From Antedon mediterranea (lineage: Eukaryota; Animalia; Echinodermata): a DNA stretch of 64,000 nt. Positions within the stretch are counted from its first letter, which is position 1. Every line of letters begins with the position of its first letter. The stretch spans positions 8,950,101 to 9,014,100 of the forward strand of contig NC_092677.1 of the NCBI RefSeq assembly GCF_964355755.1. Reading direction: 5' to 3'. A program made the translations under genes and the position numbers. Below the pieces are notes generated by a model, which saw nothing but the letters and a program-made list of their open reading frames with translations, did not search any database and was not told where the DNA came from. Below, piece after piece: positions 57,601 through 64,000 of this stretch.

Positions 57601-60600
57601 AGAACTTAGTCCAATCGTTGGTGTTCGAATAAGCAACGAGACAAAAACTGTGGTTCCTGTTACTCTATCATCTGACAAAAAGAAGAAGCCACCACTTGGA
57701 GCCGTTGCCATGCTCGAAGATGAAATTGTTGCGCGACGTGGCTTTTGGCGTCGACAAAGACAGCGCGAGGATGACTTAACAACGATTGAATCAAAATTAT
57801 CAAGCAATCTTTTGAATGAGATGGACAGCATTACTGCAAAGAATGTAGAAAGCGCTTTGAAGTCTATCATTGAAGGAACAACTGAATTAGATAATGCTGC
57901 TAAGCGTGAAGTCAAGCGTAGATCATCCTCTGAAGAAGATCTCAATGGAATTCTTCCTAAGAATGTTGTTTCCATACTTATAGGAGGAGACAACTTAGAA
58001 CATCAAAGTGAAGAAAGGCATCATGGTGCCCATAAGAAATTTGTTGATACTATACAAAAATTGTACAGTAAACTACAGTCTGAAGAGAGCCGATACCATG
58101 AAAGAAAATCAGAACTTGAAGGAACGTTAAATCCTGATGCAGCTTCTGCAGTGGAGCACCGTTACCGACAAGCAAAAGCACGCCTTCAGAGTGAACTATT
58201 TGACCAACTTCTAACACGAACAGAGAATCTTGATGAAGATCATTCTTCACTTGAATATTCTCGTGAAAGATCTGAATTGCTGAGTGCTGAAGCAAAACTG
58301 GTTTTGACTAATGCCGCAATGGTTGCTGGATACTATGATGCCACTTTCTCTGGAGTTTATGGCGACTTACTTATATGCGAAACAGCAGGAAAAGATGTTA
58401 TCCCTCTACTTAAACGACTCATTGCAATGCTGGAAAGTGGAGCTCATTTCACAATTTCATCAGAAATGCTTCAAGATGTTTCTGGCTCTCTTGCTACCGA
58501 GTTGAATATCATTCAAACCCAGATGTCAACTGCTGCTGTAGGTACATCGTCTTCAACAAGTGCATACAACAGTATTAGTGTTTCAAAAATACAACCTCCT
58601 AGTGATGCCAGTAAGATACAGACTCAGCTTGTACAAAGTGGAACAGAAAATGTTCGCAGTGGACTTGCAGTACAAGGAATTCATACTACTTCATTGACTG
58701 ATGACTCCAAGAGGGAACTAGCAAAAACTTTAACTGAAAGACAAACGCTAGAAGCAGTTAAACTTGAAAAAGAACTGAAAGCAAATGAGATTAAAGCTGT
58801 AAATGATGTGATACAGAATTATGAACAAAAGAAAGAAGAAATGCTTCTATCAAAGAAAGAAGAATTGAAGAAACAGCTTCGTGCTGCCTCATCTGCAGAA
58901 GAAAGAGAATCAATAATGACAGAGTTTGTTGAACAAACTGGCAAAATAGCTGACAGCCTGGAAAAGGAAAAGCAACAACAAATGGAACACTTAAAGAAAC
59001 GCTTACAACAAAGAAGACAACAAGCTAAACAAGATTTGCATCAGAAGCACATCGCAGAAGCCAAAAGAGAAGGTCTGGGTGAGGATGTTGTGCCAGATAT
59101 CATTTTGGAAGAGGAATCTGATAAAGATTTGCAACTTCTTATGTTGCAACAACAAAAGCTCATTGCAGACCTTACAAAGGGATATGCAGAAGAAATGGCA
59201 GAAGAAGAGAGAAAGCGTAGAGGAGGCCTAGATGACCAAATGGAAGAACGTATGAGACTCTTAAATTTGGCACATAAAGGTCCTCAGCTTAAAGAAATAG
59301 TTAAAAACGTATCACAACAAACTGTAGATACAAACAAAGTAAATAATGCAATGAAAGCGAAGATGAAGAACCGTTTGAAAAATCGAAAAAGTACTCGAAA
59401 GAGTATGCCTACAAATATTCAACCTGGGTCTGAGGAAGAAGAGCAATACCTATTAGCATCAGATGCTCAATTTGATGCAGATGGTATGAGGAGTTTAGCT
59501 GTTGTTATGAGTGCTTCTGAAGAATTGGCAAACGAACAACAATTGCATTCTCATAAAGATGCACTCCAAACTTTGTTGAAAAAAGAAAACAGAACAGAAG
59601 AAGAAAAACAAGCAATTCTGGACCAATACTTTGTAGATGTCAAAGGACACCAGGAAAGCTATGATGCTAATCATGACTTACAACGCGAACACATGATGGC
59701 AAAACTTGCTGCCCGTAAGCGTCTGAAGGAAGAAGTGGCAAAAGAAAATGCTGTAAGCAAGGAGCTTGATCATATAAGTAAAAAGCAGGTTCTGCGTGGT
59801 GACACAGATGGTGCACAAGCTATTGATGCAATTCGTGACAAGGTTTCGTCTGATGATGCCAGAGAAGAACAGCAAAAGCTTCATAAGGATCAAATTGAAG
59901 AACAAGCTAATCTAGAAATTGAACAACTGGAGAGTGAATCAAAATTGAAGAAAGACCTTAGTAGTGAACTTAAAAGAGCCCAAAGAAATGTTGAGGAACA
60001 ACATCAAATTCAAAAGAACAGGTTAAAAGAACAACATAAAGCAGATTATGAGAAGGAACTTGTGCTTAACAAGAAGCATTTGACAGAAGAACAACTAAAA
60101 GTGATGATGGAAGAACATGAGAAAGAGGTAAACATTATGTTCTTCAAATTAACACCATAAAGCTCTATCTACACTATCAAACTAGTTTGACAAAAAAAAA
60201 AGTATGATGTGCCCAAATATGGTAGTGATATAATGTCACATTATGACTTTATGTCACATTAAGTTTGACAGTATTGAGAGAGCTTTGGACTACTTTAACA
60301 ATTGTTCTTATAATTTCATATAATTAAAGTTCTCTTCTCTGAATACAAAGTTATATTTTGTCTTATTTGTTGTTGTAGATGGAGAATTTAACTAGAACTA
60401 TTGATCTTGAGAAGGAGCGACAAAAGAAAATTCTTGCTGATAGAGTTGCTGAAAAGAAGAGAAAGAAGGTGTTGGCTATGAAAGATAAACATCACAATGA
60501 AATGGAAGGAGTGCTTCTAAAACAACAGCAAGAACGAGACAATCTAAGTGACCAGCAGGTATGTATCCTTGCATCTCCTCAATGTAATCACCAACTTTAG

Positions 60601-63600
60601 AGATCTTTTTCCTGGTTCCTGGTATATTTTATTTTTGGTTTTTGAGAGAAACATTATACCTTAGGATTACTTTTATTCTATATTGCATGTGGGCTTACCC
60701 ATTGTAGTAATAAAATTAAACTAAACTGGAATATGCTTTGTAAAACTTATGTTTGTTAATCCTTAGCAACGTGTTGCTGAACGCCCAACTCTGGAACAAT
60801 CCCTTGAAGGTGAAGATGGCAAGAAGGCAGAAAGCATCATTTATCGAGTTCTGAAGCAGCGTCACATCAAAGAACAAGTCCACCAGGAAGAGTTAATGGA
60901 GAAAGAGCATGTGGCACAAATGATGAATGCTAAAACAAACATGGCAGATAAGCGCATGCAACAGCGTGAGGATCTTGAGGAAGCTCAGCAGAAGGAGTTT
61001 ATGCAGCTTATTGCCAATTCTGGTTCTTTGGCAGCAGCAGATCTAGCAGAAAAGAAAGAAGATCTTCAGAGGCAACATAAGGTATAAAACTTGTTTACAA
61101 TAAATTATTTTGTTTGTTTATACAAAACAGCTATTATTACTTCATTTAATTAAATAAAAATAAACAGTACTGTATGTATAAATATACAATTAAATGTTTG
61201 TATTTTTATTTGTGATTTTAAAGAAACAATTAGCCGAGTTTGACCGTGTGACTACTCAGAAGATTGAGCAAGCAGAAAAAGATGCCATACCAGCTCTTGA
61301 GCTTCAACAAGCATATGCAAGATTGGAGCTGAAAGAAAAACAGTTAAAGGAATTATCTGATGCCATGCGAGAACTTACTCCAGAAGAACACCTTACCAAG
61401 CAATACACAGAGCAAGCTTCAAAGGCAGCACTTGATGCAAAGATCTTCCGTGAACAGAAAATGAGAGAAATGGAGAGTGCCATTGAGAAGATCAAAGCTG
61501 AGAAACAAAAACGAGAAGAGGAACGTCGATGTAAGATGCAGCAGCAAATCCAAGCATTGGAGGAGGAGATTGAAGCAGATAAGCAACGGGATGAGCAGCG
61601 TGCAAAACAAATGGAAGATGATCGTGCACGAGCCCGTGATCACCAAATAGAAGAAAAAGAACGTCGTCTTCAAGCTGATATTGAAAAGGCAGAAAATGAG
61701 GATGCTAAAGAGGTAATGATAAATGAAAAAAAAAATAATTTACCTAATAGAAATTGGAATTAATAACATAACATGGTTAGTTTGTATTAAATAAGAACAC
61801 TAGCAAAATTGTAAAGTATCCTTTGATTTCTGGATTTTTTAAACTATAAGTTGATTCTGAATTTGTTACAGAAATTATTAAAGGAGCACCAAGAAAATAT
61901 GGAGAAATTCCAAAAGGCTCATGATGCTGAAATGCAGAAGAACAAAGAAAGTGTGAAAGCCAAACTAGAAGAGAGAAGAAAGAGAAAGCAGTCATTGGAG
62001 ATGGCACGTATCAAGACAGACTCTGAACGTCAAGTTGACACTGACGAAAGACGAGAGCAAGACCAAATGAACCTTATTCAACAAAAAGGTGGGTTTATAC
62101 TACATGTTAACTATACTGAATGCAGTCGAATCTTACTATTTCGAAACACCTATAAATAATAATAACAATCCTCATCAAAGGCCCATTATAATAATATAAG
62201 GGATCTTAATGTATTGTCCAATTTGTCACCAAAAGAACCCCGCTATTTTCAGTATATGTTCTACCGTAGTTTTTCTTAATGTTTATCGACTATGTTTTCT
62301 ATCCACCAGGTACTGCTGAACTTACTGATACAATTAATAACACTCAGCTTCTTGGTGAGCCTGGATACATACCTCCAGAAGGATTGCCACCAGGAGTTGA
62401 CCCTAATATGTTCTCTGCCCTCATGACATCCCCACTGTTCCAGAATGTTCGAGAGATGGAAGAGATGTTGATAAATAGTGGAGGAGTGGCTGGCAGTGGT
62501 ACTAATGGTAAGTGGATTTTTAGTCGCGTGCAACGAGACTGTACAGCTCACTATGTCGGTCAATTGGTTGGTAAACACTAACTTGAGGATGCGACTGCAG
62601 CCATGTATATGGCCTTGGTTAACTTTAGTCAGCATGCAACATTCTCTTTTTGAATCATAAAACATTGCTTCCTTCTTCAACTGAGATCAATTAACTTTTT
62701 TATGTCTTGTATGAGCGGTTATATCGTGGAGAACTAAGTATAGTATGATACTGTATATCTGCTTATTTCTGCATGTTATATCCTTTATCCATGTTTCGAG
62801 GTGTGTTCATTCAGTAAATATTAGGATTTATATAACACCTATATAAATTCCTGTCATTTGATTGGACGAATGTGGGTCACATGGCGTGCAATAGTACGCA
62901 CTATTCAACGATCGTTAAATAGTACTTTTTGAAACCTTTTTTGTGTACGAAAAAAAAACGTCTAGATGTTATATAAAACAAATAATGAATGTTTTGTATT
63001 CGTGTAATGGTACAAATAATGGCACTTGGTGAATGATGAAAGGTTATATCAACTCGGCTTTGCCTCGTTGATATAACCTTTCATCATTCACCTCGTGCCA
63101 TTATTTGTACCATTGCACTCATAAACATTCATTATTTGTATACTATTACAACAAATAGCAAAGATTATATAGCAAGACAGGTAACTGTTGCCAAGCCTCT
63201 ATCTTATAACACTACGCGCCCAGTAAATCCGTGGTTGCCATTCGGGCGGACAGGTTATTATTGTGATTTAAATGTAAATGGTTTAAATTTTGCGGTCCGC
63301 CTCGAAGTATCTGTGGTTAACCATCGTGAGGATTGATTCATGGAAAATGGAAGAAATTATGTAAACAAAGTAAAATAAAAGTTTCTTTGGGATCTGGACA
63401 CTTTCCGATTAATTCTGTGTGTTTACATTGAAATGCTTGGTTAGACAACTTCGTTCTTTGACCGAAACATCGTACGAAATTGCCTTGACAACGACTTTAT
63501 TCCGGTTCAAATTTGTGCGCCGGAATGGCGTCCATGGATTACAAACGTCTCACCCAGTTACCTATCTTGCGCCACGTAGCGGCGCTATACAATCTTTGCA

Positions 63601-64000
63601 AATAGTAATCAGTACTATGTTCTTTTAAAAGGTGCAGGAAGTGATCCCTTCATTGACATCAAAGATGCCCAGTGGCTTTGCAGAGGAGAACTCACACCAG
63701 TTGACATCGACAACATCACCACCAGTCAGTTCATTGTCTATCAATTTGGTGTCTTTGTTATTCAAATGTTAAAGCAGAAGTTGCAGACACCAGATATCAC
63801 ACTGCTGCTTGCGTCGGATCTTCCTGCTAACAATTATGAGAAGAACATGTTCCGTAACTCATTCTTTTTCCAGCATGCACGGAATATTCTGTTCATCCGG
63901 CAGGAGCGTCTAGAGTCTGTTGGTGAATTTGTGATGGTGATCATGCACTGCTTGGCTCATATCAAGGTTGATGATCTGATAGATGATCGCAACCCTTTCT
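349..64000 (+). CDS. Giant single-pass membrane protein, partial at both ends (~9,200 aa in window, 113 exons): GCC2/GCC3 (Ephrin_rec_like) Cys-repeat ectodomain, TM helix, cytoplasmic DPxTG repeats, coiled coil and C-terminal zincin-like domain
   Basis: Exons read by hand from AG/GT sites with consistent phase: 349-627,838-966,1217-1401,1837-2070,2395-2686,3344-3570,4010-4156,4670-4834,5076-5225,5471-5848,6592-6809,7187-7379,7585-7767,8090-8209,8305-8535,8870-9094,9521-9706,10201-10428,10781-10897,11452-11644,13494-13669,13941-14202,14405-14682,15390-15485,15793-15936,16270-16431,16543-16711,16831-17009,17228-17383,18363-18476,18832-19059,19195-19563,19660-19824,20458-20742,20988-21227,21409-21570,22081-22248,22484-22717,22893-23051,23211-23507,23736-23984,24178-24354,24565-24816,25076-25378,25799-25982,26149-26435,26547-26693,26923-27120,27647-27842,28111-28316,28596-28835,29266-29637,29884-30166,30320-30570,30785-30922,31042-31231,31717-31898,32143-32367,32523-32666,32937-33065,33446-33614,33948-34042,34377-34535,34949-35101,35295-35474,35702-35923,36014-36124,36381-36617,36858-37145,37487-37779,38086-38389,38570-38783,39256-39434,39796-39975,41474-41824,41920-42057,42699-42854,43036-43251,43558-43743,43835-44212,44426-44748,44907-45414,45574-45805,45962-46161,46721-46915,47152-47253,47425-47625,47893-48150,48424-48636,48808-48948,49090-49227,49448-49573,49914-50027,50367-50882,51276-51664,51770-52070,52290-52569,53049-53211,53447-53635,53937-54132,54400-54536,54754-54891,55067-55177,55458-55570,55813-55973,56098-56325,56631-60127,60379-60558,60767-61081,61224-61712,61872-62088,62310-62507,63632->64000. 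Exon lengths fit their flanking intron phases. No signal peptide, start codon or stop codon lies in the window. Confidence 0.9.
2911..3265. mobile_element. Degenerate MITE-like element
   Basis: Imperfect ~25-bp terminal inverted repeats: aagtattataatagttattaacttt ... aaagtgaataactttaatactactt. Confidence 0.4.
3638..3866 (+). mobile_element. Degenerate tRNA-derived SINE (family A, tail type 2)
   Basis: Shares head (gagcgggtaagacagtggaaccg...tagccataa) and core (gtacatctttcgagacgagtagggg) with the 42325 copy, and its 3' tail with the 11145 copy. Confidence 0.7.
4432..4482. mobile_element. Fragment of palindromic MITE family (see 25455, 27938, 60159)
   Basis: tcaaactttatgtgacaaaaaaaatgtgatgtgcccatat is nearly identical to the left arm of the 25455 copy. 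Confidence 0.65.
6098..6370 (+). mobile_element. tRNA-derived SINE (family B) with poly(A) tail
   Basis: A box TGGCTTGGTGG, B box GGTTCAAGTCC, A-rich tail 6345-6370 and a possible atattg target-site duplication. A related head lies at 34765-34895 on the - strand. Confidence 0.7.
9751..9830. repeat. 22-bp-period degenerate tandem repeat containing ATGCAAAT
   Basis: ATGCAAA(A/T) at 9755, 9777, 9799 and 9821. Confidence 0.6.
11145..11360 (+). mobile_element. tRNA-derived SINE (family A, internally deleted, tail type 2)
   Basis: Head gtgagtgagtggccgagtgattaagacattggaaccgtaat...ctcgctccatggttct matches the 29721 and 42325 copies. Confidence 0.75.
12724..13408 (-). mobile_element. Non-autonomous Helitron carrying a 92-bp tandem array
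   Basis: On the - strand the 3' end is a GC hairpin ACCCGCCC-T-GGGCGGGT (12735-12751), 7 nt, then CTAG|T (12724-12727). The 5' TC end is tentative, near 13393 or 13408. Confidence 0.65.
12787..13246. repeat. Tandem repeat, 5 x 92 bp
   Basis: Unit gattaatttgataggtctcctaactcc...cacactctgt starts at 12787, 12879, 12971, 13063 and 13155. I saw only one variable site (T/C). Confidence 0.95.
17460..18136 (+). mobile_element. Solo LTR (Gypsy-like, 4-bp TSD)
   Basis: Termini TGTAATATA...TATATTACA form a perfect 9-bp inverted repeat. GTAA direct repeats flank it (17456-17459, 18137-18140). AATAAA lies at ~18058 and internal ~33-bp repeats at 17840-17990. Confidence 0.8.
19911..20222. repeat. 21-bp minisatellite (cacatgtctatcataagctat), ~14 copies
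   Basis: Directly visible. It produces the spurious MSIISYH-repeat ORF. Confidence 0.95.
21905..22025 (+). mobile_element. Highly degenerate Nin/Deu-like SINE core
   Basis: ttgggtaggacattaaaagctgtt...gcacacaaaagaac loosely resembles the cores at 31965 (-) and 42435. Confidence 0.3.
25455..25622. mobile_element. Palindromic MITE (PIF/Harbinger-like, TAA/TTA flanks)
   Basis: TIRs aagccttgtctacattatcaaact ... agtttgatagtgtagacagagctt. Related copies lie at 27938, 60159 and 4432. Confidence 0.8.
27938..28077. mobile_element. Palindromic MITE, same family as 25455
   Basis: aaactctgtgtacactatcaaactagttt ... aatttgatagtatgaatagagctt. Confidence 0.75.
28935..29245. repeat. Intronic direct duplication (two ~137-bp copies, period 174)
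   Basis: cacctaaatattc...ccactgcagttgcagatatgtttgtacccacttt...gttcatacaca starts at 28935 and at 29109. Confidence 0.9.
29721..29820 (+). mobile_element. tRNA-derived SINE family A, head only
   Basis: A box TGGCCGAGCGG and B box GGTTCGAGGC. Nearly identical to 42325-42422. Confidence 0.8.
31253..31604. repeat. Tandem repeat, 8 x 44 bp
   Basis: Unit acaataaaatggatagtttagggatcacatactgtacacatttg. Seven copies are identical and the last has two substitutions. Confidence 0.95.
31965..32051 (-). mobile_element. Nin/Deu-domain SINE fragment
   Basis: Reverse complement tccttcggacgggacgtacagctgttggctctgtgtg...tacgttaaagaag...ctattcgaaaag resembles the Nin core as I recall it. Confidence 0.5.
34765..34895 (-). 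mobile_element. tRNA-derived SINE head (family B)
   Basis: Reverse complement gctgtagcttggtgattaacatgcttgccttccaatcccaagatccagggttcaatcc aligns with 6098-6160. Confidence 0.65.
40089..41353. mobile_element. Non-autonomous Tc1/mariner (pogo-like) DNA transposon, 1,265 bp
   Basis: Perfect 24-bp TIRs CAGTCAACTCTCCCAATACCGGAC / GTCCGGTATTGGGAGAGTTGACTG with TA on both sides and subterminal tccggtttt repeats. No transposase ORF. Confidence 0.9.
42325..42640 (+). mobile_element. Full-length tRNA-derived Deu/Nin-type SINE (family A, tail type 1)
   Basis: tRNA-like head with A and B boxes. Core tcggataatgactataaaccgtaggtcc...cactttaaagaacc...tcgagacgagtagggggttaccacggtg. LINE-like tail ending in (tcaa)n. 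The Deu/Nin assignment rests on a recalled consensus. Confidence 0.8.
46223..46657. mobile_element. Degenerate pogo-like MITE interrupted by a LINE fragment
   Basis: Left end ta|cagtaaaacccttaatttaagggacacc. Right remnant aaggggttctg lies after the LINE fragment. Confidence 0.45.
46332..46633 (-). mobile_element. 5'-truncated Rex1/Babar-type LINE 3' end
   Basis: The - strand reads ERIESDASHPLHKVIIDQLNPSGRLRLLSVKTNRYAKSFIPSGIIQYNRKSRR*, the SHPLH...PSGR...TNRY..SFIP C-terminus typical of this clade, then a 3' UTR and (TCTTA)n tail. Confidence 0.8.
51110..51180 (-). mobile_element. Degenerate SINE family A fragment
   Basis: gtgtacactggg...agaaccttggagtgagt is the reverse complement of family A motifs. 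Confidence 0.4.
51770..53635 (+). CDS. Exons 96-99: non-repeat juxtamembrane ectodomain and transmembrane helix
   Basis: Spliced translation reads ...SSRRRRDVSNSMRHLLADS...HYPVYDRENLYNTNEQFDYGGFRELEELQ...FVDPGVYVF...PDWILIGIMMACVFFLTILLIIAL|MLFRKYGW. The hydrophobic stretch 53570-53635 (plus 53937-53945) is followed by basic residues, consistent with positive-inside type I topology. Confidence 0.85.
54152..54293. mobile_element. Small palindromic MITE
   Basis: Inverted arms ttcccacttggatgtaatg / cattgcatccaagtgggaa. A related end (agtgggaaccaagcttta) lies at ~7850-7867. Confidence 0.7.
55245..55430 (-). mobile_element. SINE family A core
   Basis: Reverse complement aligns with 42428-42562 (ttctcggataaggactataaactgtaggtccagtgtacacatct...agaacctagtacatatttcgagac...cacagccact). 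Confidence 0.8.
56631..60127 (+). CDS. Exon 107 (3,497 bp): cytoplasmic DPxTG-repeat region and long E/K/Q-rich coiled coil
   Basis: Matches ORF 56708..60160. Acceptor is ttaatcatag|GT at 56630 and donor is GAG|gtaaac at 60127. Phase 1 to phase 0 agrees with the neighbouring exons. Confidence 0.9.
60159..60287. mobile_element. Palindromic MITE, same family as 25455
   Basis: taaagctctatctacactatcaaactagtttgacaaaa ... aagtttgacagtattgagagagcttt. Confidence 0.75.
60379..62507 (+). CDS. Exons 108-112: continuation of the coiled coil and linker
   Basis: E/K/Q/R-rich ORF segments bounded by canonical splice sites, with mostly phase-0 introns. Confidence 0.85.
62828..63142. mobile_element. Foldback element with ~160-bp hairpin (possibly non-autonomous Crypton-like)
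   Basis: Near-perfect inverted arms 62978-63053 and 63067-63139 around tcggctttgcctc. A second short inverted pair is tatataacacct (62829) / agatgttatata (62964). Confidence 0.6.
63168..63590. mobile_element. Inverted-repeat element (Helentron/HINE-like or MITE)
   Basis: gcaagacaggtaactg (63172) / cagttacctatcttgc (63555-63570) with 1 mismatch, followed by a short palindrome tagcg-g-cgcta. Confidence 0.5.
63632..64000 (+). CDS. Exon 113 (runs off window, absent from ORF track): C-terminal globular domain with HCLAH motif
   Basis: Acceptor ttttaaaag|GT. Open frame: GAGSDPFIDIKDAQWLCRGELTPVDIDNITTSQFIVYQFGVFVIQMLKQKLQTPDITLLLASDLPANNYEKNMFRNSFFFQHARNILFIRQERLESVGEFVMVIMHCLAHIKVDDLIDDRNPF. Confidence 0.85.

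Noticed and set aside
57460-57993. 177-aa antisense ORF and other minus-strand or alternate-frame ORFs over exons
   Set aside because: These are shadow ORFs of the + strand coding sequence, with no independent splice signals or recognisable domains.
56708-60160. Stand-alone intronless 1,150-aa gene
   Set aside because: The ORF has a non-ATG start and is bounded by a good acceptor (56630) and donor (60128) in phase with neighbouring exons, so it is an internal exon.

Overview
AT-rich eukaryotic genomic DNA from an invertebrate animal. The Deu/Nin-type SINEs are compatible with a marine invertebrate such as an echinoderm, but this is inference only. The whole window lies inside one giant + strand gene whose start and stop are both outside it. 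By hand I chained 113 exons (349..64000) with consistent reading phase, about 27.6 kb of CDS or about 9,200 aa. Exons 1-95 (about 6,780 aa) encode a Cys-rich ectodomain of GCC2/GCC3 (Ephrin_rec_like) CPxGxYC repeats, arranged in part as a ~690-aa super-repeat. Next come a non-repeat juxtamembrane domain with RRRR and RHLL protease motifs and one transmembrane helix. The cytoplasmic part (over 2,000 aa) has DPxTG repeats, a long coiled coil (mostly on one 3.5-kb exon) and a C-terminal zincin-like HCLAH domain. The introns hold tRNA-derived SINEs, a solo LTR, a Helitron carrying a 92-bp array, several MITEs, a Rex1/Babar LINE tail, minisatellites and a long hairpin. There are no prokaryotic features. 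Coordinates were read by eye and may be off by a few bases.
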